Of a stretch of 64,000 bases of DNA, positions 8,925-18,990 are shown in pieces. Numbering within the stretch: position 1 is the first letter of the stretch; every line of letters begins with the position of its first letter. Made by a program: the position numbers and the translations under genes. Under the pieces are notes generated by a model. That model worked only from the letters and a program-made list of their open reading frames with translations, searched no databases and was not told the DNA's origin. This stretch comes from a virus, in the IMG/VR virus record IMGVR_UViG_3300018933_000004, positions 14,791 to 78,790 of that record, one strand, 5' to 3'.

Positions 8925-10052
8925 ATGCCCCCCAAGTCCCGCCTTTCCAAGCTGCGTGCGGACCTGACCAAGGTCTACGGAGACCGCGTCACCCGGCGCG
9001 ACACCATGACCCGCCCCGACTTCATCTCCAGTGGATCCCTAACCCTCGACTACGCCCTCGGTGGCGGCTTCGCCCTGAAGCGCACCCACGAGATCGTCGG
9101 CCCCGAGGGCATGGGCAAGACGACCCAGACGATCCTCGCCATGGTCGACGCCCAGCGGAAGTACCCCGACCGGGGCGTCGCCGTCATCGACATGGAGCAG
9201 TCCTTCGACTTCGACTGGGCCGCCCTGCTCGGCCTCGATCTCGACGAGGACCGCTTCATTCACGTCTACCCGGACCACTCCGAGGACGTCTCCGACCAGA
9301 TCAGCATGTTGCTACGCGACGGGGACATCTCCCTCGTCGTCGTCGACTCCGTCGGCGGCATGGAGTCCAAGGCCGCCTTCGAGAAACGTGCCGAGGACTC
9401 CGCCATGGGTAAGAACTCCCAGGTCATCTCCCGCATGGTCAAGCGCGTCGCGGGTCTGTGCCGCCAGCAGAACGCCGCCGTGATCTTCGTGAACCAGTAC
9501 CGGGCCGACATCGGCAACCCGCGCGGCGGCCAGAAGTCCGCCGGACCCTCCGCCCTGAAGTACAACACCACCACCAAGATCAAGATGAGCCGCACCGGCG
9601 AACCGACAAAGAAGATCTCCATCTCGGACGCCGTCTCCAAGGCCCCCGCCGAACTCGAAGTCGGCCGCCAGATCCGCGCCAAGGTCGAGCGCAACAAGCT
9701 CGCCCCCCAGGGCCGCGTCGCCGACTACTGGTTCTTCAACAAGGCCAGCAGCAAGTACGGACCCGTCGGCATCGACCGCGCCGACGAGGCCATCACCCTC
9801 GGCATCGCCACCGGCGCCATCAAGCGCCTGTCCACCGTGTCGTACGAGTTCCCCGACGGCACCACCGTCAAGGGCGGCCGCCCCGGCGTCGAGGCCGCCA
9901 TCGCCGAGCGGCCCGAGCTGGTCGAGGTGATCCGGGAGCGGGCGCTGGCCTCCATCTCCGGCGACGTCAAGGCCGACCACACCGTCTCCTACGACGACAT
10001 CCCCGACGGCGTCGACCCCAGCACCGGCGAGATCCTGGAGGACGCCGCATGA
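8925..10052 (+). CDS. recA: RecA/UvsX-like recombinase
   Basis: ISSGSLTLDYALGGG; Walker A GPEGMGKT; VVVDSVGGM; IFVNQYR; GPSALKY; VERNKLAP; AAGGAG RBS before ATG 8925. Confidence 0.95.
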   Translation: MPPKSRLSKLRADLTKVYGDRVTRRDTMTRPDFISSGSLTLDYALGGGFALKRTHEIVGPEGMGKTTQTILAMVDAQRKYPDRGVAVIDMEQSFDFDWAALLGLDLDEDRFIHVYPDHSEDVSDQISMLLRDGDISLVVVDSVGGMESKAAFEKRAEDSAMGKNSQVISRMVKRVAGLCRQQNAAVIFVNQYRADIGNPRGGQKSAGPSALKYNTTTKIKMSRTGEPTKKISISDAVSKAPAELEVGRQIRAKVERNKLAPQGRVADYWFFNKASSKYGPVGIDRADEAITLGIATGAIKRLSTVSYEFPDGTTVKGGRPGVEAAIAERPELVEVIRERALASISGDVKADHTVSYDDIPDGVDPSTGEILEDAA

Positions 10053-10462
10053 AGCCTCTCAAGCGCCTGTGGGACGCCACCGGCACCACGACCGCGTTCT
10101 TCGCCACCATGGCGGGCTCCCTGGCCATCCAAGGCTGGTACTGGCACGACATCAGCCAGCGCTACGACCTGGACCAGCTCGCGTCCACCACCGCCTACAC
10201 CCTCGGCGTACTCAGTCTTGTGACCTGCGCCACCGTCCTGGGCGCCCTTGCCATGACCATAGGGGCCCTCCTCCGCCGCTACCGGCCCCGGCCGCTGCCG
10301 GTCGACCCGGACCTTCCGCCCACCCAGCTGGTCTACCTCCAGGGCGACGGCGAACCTGAGCGCTGCTTCTGCCACGGCAAGCCGATCGAGGACGGCACCC
10401 TGATCTGGCACTGGCCCCAGCCCGCCAAGCTCGTCTGTGTCAAGGAGGGCGACGCCGGGTGA
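10049..10462 (+). CDS. Hypothetical membrane protein
   Basis: ATGA-coupled to recA; two hydrophobic segments; C-terminal CFCHG...C. Confidence 0.65.
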   Translation: MKPLKRLWDATGTTTAFFATMAGSLAIQGWYWHDISQRYDLDQLASTTAYTLGVLSLVTCATVLGALAMTIGALLRRYRPRPLPVDPDLPPTQLVYLQGDGEPERCFCHGKPIEDGTLIWHWPQPAKLVCVKEGDAG

Positions 10463-10914
10463 GCGACAAGGGCCTGAACAAGCGCATGGGCGACGCCCAC
10501 GAGGGGCGTCTGGCCGAGGTGCTCGGCATGCGCCAGACCCGGGGCAGCGGCAACCAGTGGCGCGACCAGATGGACGCGAAGCACGACCACACGACGTGCA
10601 CCTTCGCCTTCGCGGTCGACGGCAAGTCCACCCTGGCCAAGTCCATCAGCATCACCCGCGCCATGTGGGAGAAAGCCGGTGAGCAGGCCAGCGGCGAACG
10701 CCCCATGCTTGCCCTGCGCTTCTACAACAACGCCTCCCTGGAGGTCCACGCCGACCTTGCCGTCTGCGACCTCCTCGACTTCGCCGAGATGCGCGAGGAT
10801 GCCGAGCGCTGGCACAAGGCCAAGCCCATCCTCCTCGCGCTCGTTGAGCAGGACCCCCGCTGTATCCCCGTCCTCGTCGGCCTGGCCCGCCACCTGCTCA
10901 ACGAGGCTGTGTAA
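10459..10914 (+). CDS. PD-(D/E)xK nuclease, Holliday-junction-resolvase-like
   Basis: HEGRLAEVLG...RGSGNQ..DQMD...VDGKST pattern of Hjc-like phage resolvases. Confidence 0.65.
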   Translation: MSDKGLNKRMGDAHEGRLAEVLGMRQTRGSGNQWRDQMDAKHDHTTCTFAFAVDGKSTLAKSISITRAMWEKAGEQASGERPMLALRFYNNASLEVHADLAVCDLLDFAEMREDAERWHKAKPILLALVEQDPRCIPVLVGLARHLLNEAV

Positions 10915-10946
10915 CCCATCAACCTCCGTCAACGAATCGAGACTCC

Positions 10947-11354
10947 ATGAACCTGCACATGAACCTCGACGACACCTGGAACTACATCCTCGGCGGCATC
11001 GACCTCGTCGGCCTCGTCGCCCTGCGCGCCGTCGGCAAGAAGAAGGCCGTCGGCTGGATCTGGGCGATGTTCACCCAAGCCGTCTGGATCGTCTACTCCA
11101 TCGCCACCTTCCAGTGGGGCTTCCTCGTCCCGGCCGCCATCAAGTTCGCCATCTACACCTGGAACTACGTCTCCTGGGCCCGCAGCGACAAGGCGGAGGC
11201 GAAGCCGAAGACGCACGAGGAACGGGCGATGGCCTGGGCGGACGAGCTGATCCCCGACGCCGACGAACTCACCCGGCTCAAGGCCGCCTCCTTCCTCGTG
11301 AAGGCGATCAAGGTCGTCGAGCTCTATCCGGAGAAAGTGGGACAGACCACGTGA
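10947..11354 (+). CDS. Small PnuC-like membrane protein
   Basis: Three hydrophobic helices; GWIWAMFTQAVWIVYSI..QWGF...IYTWNY..W resembles short phage PnuC-like proteins. Confidence 0.5.
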   Translation: MNLHMNLDDTWNYILGGIDLVGLVALRAVGKKKAVGWIWAMFTQAVWIVYSIATFQWGFLVPAAIKFAIYTWNYVSWARSDKAEAKPKTHEERAMAWADELIPDADELTRLKAASFLVKAIKVVELYPEKVGQTT

Positions 11355-13246
11355 CCTTCACCCCCACCTTCCGCCGGGGCGCGTCCTTCAGCCGCGACCT
11401 GGTCCTGGTTCCGCTGATCGAGAACGCCGTCCAGCAGTGCGCCTTCCCCAAGGACTTCACCGTGCGCCTACAGTCGTACGCCGCCAAGCGCGAGCCCGAC
11501 GGCTGGTTCCACCCCTCCACGCACCCCACGATGGACGAGCGGAAGCTGTACTACTACCTCGCCCGCCCCGAGAAGTGGGACGAGGAGGAGTTCGACTACG
11601 GCCCCCGCATGTCCGTTCTCGTCGGCACCGTTATGCACGAGGTCGTCCAGACCGTCATGACGAAGATGGGACTCCTCGTCCCGCCGAAGGGCACCTGCGT
11701 GTGCTGCCGCCGCCCCCACGGCAAGGGCAAGGACAAGTGTGACGAATGGGGCGTCCGCGACGACCTCCTCGGCCGACGCGGCCACATCGACGGCCTCCTC
11801 GACCTCCCCGGCTGGTCCGACCCCGGAGGCTCGATCTTCGACCTGAAGTGCCTGACCCCCGACGTCCCTGTCTCCTACGCCGACGGCACCGTCCGCCCGG
11901 CCGGAGAGGTCAAGGTCGGCGACGTCATCGTGGGCTGGGACGAGGAGAACGACAAGCTCGTGCCCTGCCCGGTCAAGGCCGTCTGGGACAACGGCATCCA
12001 GCCCGTGTGGAGCGTGAAGACCCGCGAGGGCCGCGAGATCACCACCACCGACGAGCACCCCTTCTACACCCAGCGCGGCTGGGTCTTCGCCAAGGACCTC
12101 AAGCCCGGCGACATGGTCAAGACGGCCTTCGAGTCCGGCTGGTTCCAGGGCGAAGAAGGCGACCCCGACCGGGCCCGCTTCCTCGGCGTCCTCATCGGTG
12201 ACGGCACGCTGTACGGACGCGCCCCCCGGGTCACCTCGGTCGACGAAGGCGTCCTGGCGTTCATGCGCGAGCACTCCGCCACCTTCGGCGCCCGGCTCAC
12301 TCCGGAGACGCTGGACCAGATCACCTACACCATCCGGATGCCCCGCTCGGGAGGGAAGAAGAGCCCCCTCCTCGCCTTCCTCCGCGAGGAGGGCATGCTG
12401 GGCCAGACCTCCCACACCAAGCGCGTCCCGACGAGCGTCTGGAAGGGCGGCCCGGCCGCCTGGGCCGCGTTCCTCTCCGGCTACTTCGACGCCGACGGCT
12501 CCGTGTGCGACAAGGCCAGCTACCCGCACCTGAAGTGGAGCAGCGTCAACCGCGCCCTCCTGCAGGACTGCCAGCTGCTCCTCGGCTACCTCGGCATCCG
12601 GTCGAGCGTGACCAAGCACGTCAGCCGCTACAAGGGCGAGCCCCACATCTCCTGGACGCTCTACGTACGCGACTCGCCGTCCGTACGCCGCGCGCAAAAG
12701 GTCCTGATGCTCAAGTCGGCCAAGGCAGAGCGGCTCGCCGCGCTGAAGCCGAAGCAGGCGCCGCTGAAGGGCAAGGGCGCGCACCTCGCGGCCCAGCCGG
12801 GATGGGACCAGGTCTCCGAGGTCGGAGAGAAACTCGCACGGCCGACTGTCGGCATCGAGATCGACGGCGGCACGCATGTCACCAACGGACTCGTCACCCA
12901 CAACACCTGCGCACCTCCGGTCATCCGGGGTATCGAGAGCCACGACCTGGACGCCTTCAAGCTCAAGTGGCCCAAGTACTACGGCCAGGCCCAGGACTAC
13001 ATGGCCCTCACCGGCAAGACCAAGGCTCTCGTCCTCTTCATGGCCATGAGCGAGGGCTGGAAGATGATCGAGTTCACCATCCCCCGCGACGACCTGTACA
13101 TCGCCCGCCTGGAGGCGAAGTACCGCACGGTCCGCCGCCACGTCGAGTGGGGCACCCCGCCGCCCGTCGCCTGCTGCAGCACCCGGGCCGCTGCCCGCAA
13201 GTGCCCCGCCACCGCATGCCCTGTCAAGATCGGAATCGCCGCATGA
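11351..13246 (+). CDS. Cas4-like PD-(D/E)xK exonuclease containing an intein
   Basis: FHPSTH, GTVMHE, GHIDG, DLK|T, YYGQAQDYM, C-terminal Cys cluster; interrupted by a LAGLIDADG intein. Confidence 0.85.
   Translation: MTFTPTFRRGASFSRDLVLVPLIENAVQQCAFPKDFTVRLQSYAAKREPDGWFHPSTHPTMDERKLYYYLARPEKWDEEEFDYGPRMSVLVGTVMHEVVQTVMTKMGLLVPPKGTCVCCRRPHGKGKDKCDEWGVRDDLLGRRGHIDGLLDLPGWSDPGGSIFDLKCLTPDVPVSYADGTVRPAGEVKVGDVIVGWDEENDKLVPCPVKAVWDNGIQPVWSVKTREGREITTTDEHPFYTQRGWVFAKDLKPGDMVKTAFESGWFQGEEGDPDRARFLGVLIGDGTLYGRAPRVTSVDEGVLAFMREHSATFGARLTPETLDQITYTIRMPRSGGKKSPLLAFLREEGMLGQTSHTKRVPTSVWKGGPAAWAAFLSGYFDADGSVCDKASYPHLKWSSVNRALLQDCQLLLGYLGIRSSVTKHVSRYKGEPHISWTLYVRDSPSVRRAQKVLMLKSAKAERLAALKPKQAPLKGKGAHLAAQPGWDQVSEVGEKLARPTVGIEIDGGTHVTNGLVTHNTCAPPVIRGIESHDLDAFKLKWPKYYGQAQDYMALTGKTKALVLFMAMSEGWKMIEFTIPRDDLYIARLEAKYRTVRRHVEWGTPPPVACCSTRAAARKCPATACPVKIGIAA
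11849..12904 (+). mobile_element. Intein with LAGLIDADG homing endonuclease (352 aa)
   Basis: Starts CLTPDVPV, block B TTDEHPF, LAGLIDADG helices FLGVLIGDG and FLSGYFDADG, ends VTHN followed by Thr. Confidence 0.92.
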
Positions 13247-13581
13247 CCGCCGCCACGGAACTGCAGGCGCCATACGACCGCTACGGCAACCTCATCGGAT
13301 ACATCGGGAACAACCCGCCCTTCGTCTGGCGGGCGAACCAGCCCTTCCTCGCCACCCTGCGCCTGGAGGAGGTCAAGCGCCGCATCTCCTCCGCCCGCGC
13401 CGTCTGGCGGGACACCGAGACCAACCTGCGCTACCCGATGCTGCTGCCCGCCATCGAAGACCTGCTCATGAACGGCACCATCACCGAGGGCTCCGCCACC
13501 GGCTGGTGGCTCGTCGAGCAGCGCGGCAAGAACTTCGGCATCCGCCGGGCCACCGAAGACGAGCTCCAGGAACTCCTGTGA
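13243..13581 (+). CDS. Hypothetical protein
   Basis: ATG 13243 overlapping the upstream stop; MTAATELQAPYDRYG...; typical codon usage. Confidence 0.7.
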   Translation: MTAATELQAPYDRYGNLIGYIGNNPPFVWRANQPFLATLRLEEVKRRISSARAVWRDTETNLRYPMLLPAIEDLLMNGTITEGSATGWWLVEQRGKNFGIRRATEDELQELL

Positions 13582-13686
13582 GCATCCGCAGCCTCCTCGC
13601 GCACGTGGCATCGACACCACCGGCCGAGACATCCACGTCGGCGACGCCTCGTCGACCCCGCCCCTTCGACCGCCATCGGAGACCCC

Positions 13687-14322
13687 GTGAACAACCAGCT
13701 CACCATCCCCGGACTCAAGCTGCCCAAGGGCTGGCAGCCGCCCACGCTCGACAGATTCGCCCACGGCCTCGTCCAGGCCTTCGATCAGACCCTGACGAAC
13801 ACCGGCGTCGTGCTGATCAAGTCCAACGAGCTCGGGCTGCACCTGCTGTCCGCCGCGATGATCAAGCCTCCCCAGGAGGTCCTCGACATCCCCTCCACCG
13901 AGGGCAGCTACGCCCGCGCCGAGAGCATCCACACGGGCATCCTCCGCCACCGCACCGGGTTCGCCGCCAACGCCGACGCCATCGTCTACGAACGCAAGCC
14001 GGTCTCCGGGATGCGCACCGACTCCATCTTCCTGGCCGGGCGCGAGGTTCACCGGGCCACCGAGGGGCGCGCCGTCATGATGGACAACCGGCACGCCAAG
14101 AAGGTCCTCGTCGGCACGGCCGGAAGCCGCGACCGCAAGGTCACCAAGGCCGACGTCAAGGAAGCCGTCGAGCGATACATCACCCCGCCCAAGGACAGCG
14201 GCAGGCTCATGCCCTGGAACGAGCACATCCGCGACGCCTGCATGCTCGCCCTCGCCTGGCTCCTGGACGAGAAGACGCGCCAGGACCAGGCCGCCGCCAT
14301 GCCTCTGGCCGCCGCCGCATGA
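13687..14322 (+). CDS. RuvC-like (RNase H fold) resolvase
   Basis: AFDQTLTNTGVV, IVYERKP, KADVKEAV, HIRDACMLA. Confidence 0.75.
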   Translation: MNNQLTIPGLKLPKGWQPPTLDRFAHGLVQAFDQTLTNTGVVLIKSNELGLHLLSAAMIKPPQEVLDIPSTEGSYARAESIHTGILRHRTGFAANADAIVYERKPVSGMRTDSIFLAGREVHRATEGRAVMMDNRHAKKVLVGTAGSRDRKVTKADVKEAVERYITPPKDSGRLMPWNEHIRDACMLALAWLLDEKTRQDQAAAMPLAAAA

Positions 14323-14462
14323 CGGCCCGGCACGCCCACGGCATCGACTGCTGCTGGCCGTGCTTCAACGGCCGCGCCACCCACCCCGTGAACGACGCGG
14401 ACGGTGAGCCGGACCCCCACTGCGACGAGAACTGCCCTGTGCCAGACGAGGAAAAGGCATGA
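14319..14462 (+). CDS. Small Cys-rich hypothetical protein
   Basis: MTARHAHGIDCCWPC...HCDENCP; ATGA overlaps on both sides. Confidence 0.45.
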   Translation: MTARHAHGIDCCWPCFNGRATHPVNDADGEPDPHCDENCPVPDEEKA

Positions 14463-15163
14463 GCGAGCTCAACGACACGGCGATGATCGACAACACGCGC
14501 GCCTCCGAACAGGCAGGCCGCATCATCGGGGAGATCGCCCGCGAGGCCGACGAACCGCTCTCCCCGGACATCGACCCCGACCGCACCCGGGAGACCGCTC
14601 GCACCGGCTTCTCCCGGATGCGGACCGACTGGAGGTCCGGCGAGGGCGCGGAGATCGCGGGGATCACCCAGCAGGCCCAGGGCCTCATCCACCGGGCCTT
14701 CCCCGACGCCTACCTGATCATGAACGAGCTGTGGATGCTCGTCCGCGAGCCGGTCGTCAACGAGACCACCGGCGAGGTCGTCACCGACCTCTTCGGCTGG
14801 CCCCAGTGGAAGAAGTGGCCCTCCGGCGCCTACATCGAGGACTACACCAAGCTCACCAACAGCGAGAAGGACGACTTCCTGCTGCGCATCACCACGCACT
14901 TGCTGGAGTGGGAACAGAAGTCCTCCACGCTGTGGCTGGAGGCCATGCTGGCCAAGGGCCGCTGGGAGGAGGCCATGGCCAGCGGCTTCGTCACGCCGAC
15001 CGGCCGGGTCACCGTCGAGGAGCGCACCCAGCGCGGCCGTGCCTACGCGGCCGAGGACCGCTACCACGCCATCTTCCGCGCCGCCGTCTCCCGCTCCGCC
15101 GAGGCCCTCGTGAAGAGCCTGGAACGGATCGGCCAGCGCCTGAAGGACTCTCTGACGGCCTGA
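14459..15163 (+). CDS. Hypothetical helical protein
   Basis: 234-aa ORF, operon context, typical codon usage. Confidence 0.75.
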   Translation: MSELNDTAMIDNTRASEQAGRIIGEIAREADEPLSPDIDPDRTRETARTGFSRMRTDWRSGEGAEIAGITQQAQGLIHRAFPDAYLIMNELWMLVREPVVNETTGEVVTDLFGWPQWKKWPSGAYIEDYTKLTNSEKDDFLLRITTHLLEWEQKSSTLWLEAMLAKGRWEEAMASGFVTPTGRVTVEERTQRGRAYAAEDRYHAIFRAAVSRSAEALVKSLERIGQRLKDSLTA

Positions 15164-15311
15164 CTGCTGTCTGTGGTCCAACTCCGAACGACGAAAAGCT
15201 GGAGTTGCGGGCGGGGTCCTGTTTACGCTGACAAAGAATTCCGGGTGCACTGCCGCCACATGAGCACCCGGAAGGCGCGACCGCCACGCGTCAGTAAAGG
15301 AACCCGCCTGC

Positions 15312-15707
15312 ATGAACGCGACCATCGACGTGCGCGTACTTCGGGAACTGTTCCGGCATCTCCAGGCGTGGAACACCCTCTACGAAACAGAGGGTACGGA
15401 CACGATAAAGGGACCGGACGGTACCGAGTACTGCATCCACGACATCATCCGACTCTACGAGAACGCCGTGAACGGACGCGGCGCCAACGGAAAGCACCTG
15501 CTTTCCCCGCGCCAGCGTGAAGCAATCCAGCTGTTCCTCATCGAGAACCGGCCGGAGCGAGAAGTCGCCCGCCTCATGGGCGTCTCCGAGGACAACCCCG
15601 TCGCCTCCTACGCCACTCAAGGCCTCGTCCGCCTGAACGAGCTCATCAAGGCAGGCGTCATCCCCGGCAACGGCACGGCCGACGAGCCGGAGGCGGTGGC
15701 CGCATGA
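15312..15707 (+). CDS. Sigma70 region 4-like HTH protein
   Basis: LSPRQREAIQLFLIENRPEREVARLMGVS. Confidence 0.7.
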   Translation: MNATIDVRVLRELFRHLQAWNTLYETEGTDTIKGPDGTEYCIHDIIRLYENAVNGRGANGKHLLSPRQREAIQLFLIENRPEREVARLMGVSEDNPVASYATQGLVRLNELIKAGVIPGNGTADEPEAVAA

Positions 15708-15997
15708 GCGACCGAGTCCGCTACGGCGTCGACCACGACCTCGAAGCCGAGGCCGACGCGATCCTGCGCCAGTCCTTCCTCGACAACCCCGACCCCGAGG
15801 AAAAGGCCAAGATCCTCACCCCCTACATGCTGCAGAACCGGCTCCGCCGCGAGGTCTACGTGTCCGGCGGAACCCCCGACGGCGCCGTCCGCAAGGGCAG
15901 CTTCAACCGCAGCATCAACCGGCTGTACCCCCACCTCAACGCCTCCGAAGGCGTCGCCCGGCCCCAGCCCCGCATCCCGCTGAAGGCCGAAGAGTGA
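15704..15997 (+). CDS. Hypothetical protein
   Basis: ATGA-coupled 97-aa ORF. Confidence 0.65.
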   Translation: MSDRVRYGVDHDLEAEADAILRQSFLDNPDPEEKAKILTPYMLQNRLRREVYVSGGTPDGAVRKGSFNRSINRLYPHLNASEGVARPQPRIPLKAEE

Positions 15998-16638
15998 GCA
16001 CCAACCTGCCCGTCCCGACGGACCCGGACGAGACCGGCCCGGCCAGCATGGTGCTGGTCCGCGTCGGCAACCGCACCGTGCCCGCCAAGACCGGCGCCCG
16101 CTGCCGCGTCTGCCAGTCCCCCCACCGCGCGCAGATCGAGGCCTGGATCCTGGAGGCCTACACCCGCCCCACGATCCTGGCGTACCTGGAAGACCTGGAG
16201 CCCGGCCCCCTCGGCCACCCCACCGAGAAGGCCCTGCGGGTCCACACCGACAGGCACCTCCCGCTCGGCGCCCGCGCCGAAGCCGCCATCCTCGACCGCC
16301 GCGCCGAACTGCTCGGCGATGAGATCGAAAAATATGGCGGCCGCGTCGCCGACCACAACTCCGTCCTGGATATGGTCGTACTCAAGGGCTTCGACGGGAT
16401 CCAGCGCGGCGACATCAAGGTCGACGGCCCCACCCTCATGAAGGCCATCGACCTCAAGCACAAAATCGATATGCAAGTCGAGGGCGGCATGGACGCCAAC
16501 GTCTGGCGTGACGCCCTCATGGAGTACATGAAAATCGCCGTACCCTTCATCCCGGTCGAACGACGCAAGGAATTCGCAGCCGCCCTCAGCGAAAGCCCCG
16601 TCCTCGCCGCGCTGTCAAAAGGCCAGCAGACAAACTAA
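15994..16638 (+). CDS. Hypothetical protein, possible terminase small subunit
   Basis: CRVCQSPHRAQIE...H..RH motif followed by a helical C-terminus; the TerS assignment is an inference. Confidence 0.45.
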   Translation: MSTNLPVPTDPDETGPASMVLVRVGNRTVPAKTGARCRVCQSPHRAQIEAWILEAYTRPTILAYLEDLEPGPLGHPTEKALRVHTDRHLPLGARAEAAILDRRAELLGDEIEKYGGRVADHNSVLDMVVLKGFDGIQRGDIKVDGPTLMKAIDLKHKIDMQVEGGMDANVWRDALMEYMKIAVPFIPVERRKEFAAALSESPVLAALSKGQQTN

Positions 16639-16700
16639 AAACTCCGGCCCGCCAGCCGGAGCCACCACCACTCCTTCCGCCAGAGGAGAACGAGCCCGTC

Positions 16701-17693
16701 ATGCACCTGCGCGAAATCCCCACCACCACCCTCGCCGACCTCGACACGTCCTGGAAGAACCGCGACCGCGAGTGGACCAGCGACGCCTGCGTCCCCTCCG
16801 TCGACTTCCCCAACGACGCCCGGGTCGAGCCCACCGTCCTCCTCGGCGACCACGAGATCACCCTGGACGAACAGGCCATCGACCTCCTGTGCGCCTTCTA
16901 CCAGATCCCCACCGCGTACTTCCGGCGGATCACCCCCGAAGAGCGGCACTACGTCATGAACATGCGCATGAACAACGCGCTGGGCGAAGTCACGATCACG
17001 TACAACGACCTCGGCGTCACCGACGTCCGCAAGCCGACCAAGCCCCGCCTGGAGCCCGAGGAGTTCGTCCGCATCGCCCACCGGCTCTACCCCGCCAGCT
17101 CCACCGTCCTGGACGCCTGGGTCACCGCCGACGAGCTCCACCTGGACGTCCTGGACCGCACGGTCGAGCACGGCATCCTCGGCGGCTTGCGCTTCCGCCA
17201 GAACCGCAAGCAGAACCTCGCCCCCACCGTGGCACCGATCCTCCTCCACCTGGAGACCACCACGGTCATCGAGGTCCCCGACCCCTCGCTGAAGATCGAC
17301 GCGCGCGGCGTGTCCGTCGACAAGATCGGCGAGCGGCTGGCCGCAGAAGCGCTGCGCGCCGACGCCCGCCTGGCCAAGGACGCCGAACACCTCCTCGACC
17401 TCGGCCGCACCTCCATCGCCGGTGACCGCATCATGCGCCTGCACCGCGTCGCCGCCGAGCACGGCCTGCCCGTCCGCCCGCTCGCCGACATCACCGTGGC
17501 GCTCTCCCGCAGCGACGAGCCGACCATGCTCGACCTCGCCCTGGCGATCGGCAACGCGGCCAACAACCCCAAGATCGCCGCCGACCCCACCAAGCGAGCC
17601 GTCCGGGCCAAACTCCAGGCCATCGCCGGGGCCATCGTCGCCGACGAAGCCGAACGCTGCCAGTCCTGCCACGCCCTCGTCGCCGCCGCCTGA
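16701..17693 (+). CDS. Hypothetical protein (330 aa)
   Basis: GAGGAG RBS; C-terminal CQSCH; family not confidently recognised. Confidence 0.75.
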   Translation: MHLREIPTTTLADLDTSWKNRDREWTSDACVPSVDFPNDARVEPTVLLGDHEITLDEQAIDLLCAFYQIPTAYFRRITPEERHYVMNMRMNNALGEVTITYNDLGVTDVRKPTKPRLEPEEFVRIAHRLYPASSTVLDAWVTADELHLDVLDRTVEHGILGGLRFRQNRKQNLAPTVAPILLHLETTTVIEVPDPSLKIDARGVSVDKIGERLAAEALRADARLAKDAEHLLDLGRTSIAGDRIMRLHRVAAEHGLPVRPLADITVALSRSDEPTMLDLALAIGNAANNPKIAADPTKRAVRAKLQAIAGAIVADEAERCQSCHALVAAA

Positions 17694-17711
17694 CCCGCCA
17701 CAGGAGACCTC

Positions 17712-17795
17712 ATGGACGACAACACCCGCCGGGTGATCACCACCATCGCCTGGCTCGCCTTCTGCGCCTTCCTCTTCTGGGCGGACGCCCGATGA
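17712..17795 (+). CDS. Tiny membrane peptide (27 aa)
   Basis: AGGAG RBS; MDDNTRRVITTIAWLAFCAFLFWADAR. Confidence 0.45.
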   Translation: MDDNTRRVITTIAWLAFCAFLFWADAR

Positions 17796-18361
17796 CCGAG
17801 AGCCTCCGCCAGCGCCCTGGCGACCAACCGCTGCCCACTGAGGGCAAGTTGAACGTCCAGGACGCCCTCATCCGCCACATCGAGCAGCGCCGGAAACTCG
17901 GCATCGAGCGCTACGGCCGCCCGCTGCAGACCTTCAACGGCCGGAACGCCGTGCTGGACCTGGTCGAAGAACTCCTCGACGGCGCCACCTACGCCATGCA
18001 GGTCGAGATGGAGAACAAGGCCGTCCAGGCCCGCATCCACGAGGCTCTGCACCTGCACCGCGCCGACGACCTGGGCCTGTGCGCCTCCTGCAAGGTGCTG
18101 GCTCCATGCGCCACCCGCCGGATCTTCCTGAGCATCCAGCTCCCGCCTGTCACGATCACCCGCGTCGATCCGGTCGAGGAGGTGGCCTGCTCGCCGGACG
18201 CCATCGTCTACGTGCGTGAGCACTTCCAGATCACGCCCGTCCAGGACGAGCGCTGTATCCCGCCCGCGCCGCTCGGCGAGTACATGGGCCTGCCCGTCTA
18301 CGTGGACGACGAGCTGCCGCCGCGCACTGTCCGCCTGCGCCCCAGCACATCCAAGCAGTAG
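17792..18361 (+). CDS. Hypothetical protein with all-alpha NTP-pyrophosphohydrolase-like N-terminus
   Basis: LGIERYGRPLQTFNGRNAVLDLVEELLDGATY resembles the phage G..KYG...EE.LD..Y motif. Confidence 0.5.
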   Translation: MTESLRQRPGDQPLPTEGKLNVQDALIRHIEQRRKLGIERYGRPLQTFNGRNAVLDLVEELLDGATYAMQVEMENKAVQARIHEALHLHRADDLGLCASCKVLAPCATRRIFLSIQLPPVTITRVDPVEEVACSPDAIVYVREHFQITPVQDERCIPPAPLGEYMGLPVYVDDELPPRTVRLRPSTSKQ

Positions 18362-18392
18362 CCACCCGCCCTCCTTCCGCCAGAGGAGCACC

Positions 18393-18872
18393 ATGACCGC
18401 CAGCCACCAGTCCGGCCTCATCCTGCCGCCGGGCGTGACGTCCTCCAGCCCGTTCGGGCCCGCCGCCGACCGCTTCGACCGCGAGTACGGCGGCGTCCAC
18501 CAGCGCCAGGAGCTGGCCCAGGGCGACATCCTCGACAGCGAGATCCTGCAGCTGGAAGCGATCTTCGCTGACATGCAGTACCGCTACGGCGCGAAGGCCT
18601 TCAGCGTCGATGACTTCGAGCGCGAGGCCAAGGAGCGCTGCCACTCCCAGCTCGGCCTGGCCATCGACATCCGCTGGAAGGGCGTCGCCGACGCCACCGG
18701 CCGGATCCTCGAAGGCGTCGCCAGCCCCGAGATCGAGATCGTCGGCCGCGTCGACAAGAAGACCTTCGACCACGACCGGAAGGTTCACGAGGTCACCCAC
18801 GACATCGCCGACCTCGGCACCCAGGGCGTCATCAAGTCCGAGGAGCCCGCACGCGGAGGACACCCCCACTGA
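18393..18872 (+). CDS. Hypothetical protein
   Basis: GAGGAG RBS before ATG 18393 (MTASHQSGLILPPG). Confidence 0.7.
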   Translation: MTASHQSGLILPPGVTSSSPFGPAADRFDREYGGVHQRQELAQGDILDSEILQLEAIFADMQYRYGAKAFSVDDFEREAKERCHSQLGLAIDIRWKGVADATGRILEGVASPEIEIVGRVDKKTFDHDRKVHEVTHDIADLGTQGVIKSEEPARGGHPH

Positions 18873-18990
18873 TGACCTTCCTGCGCGCCTTTCTGATCAA
18901 GAAGCATGGCCTGCCGCCGGAGTGGGCCGCCCAGTACTCGATCTCGCAGTTGTGGCACTGGCACGCCACCGGCGAAGAGCCGAGGCGCTG

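Noticed and set aside
11351-13246. Treating the Cas4-like nuclease as part of a CRISPR-Cas system
   Set aside because: It lies in a replication/recombination operon with no cas1/cas2; solo Cas4-like exonucleases are common in phages
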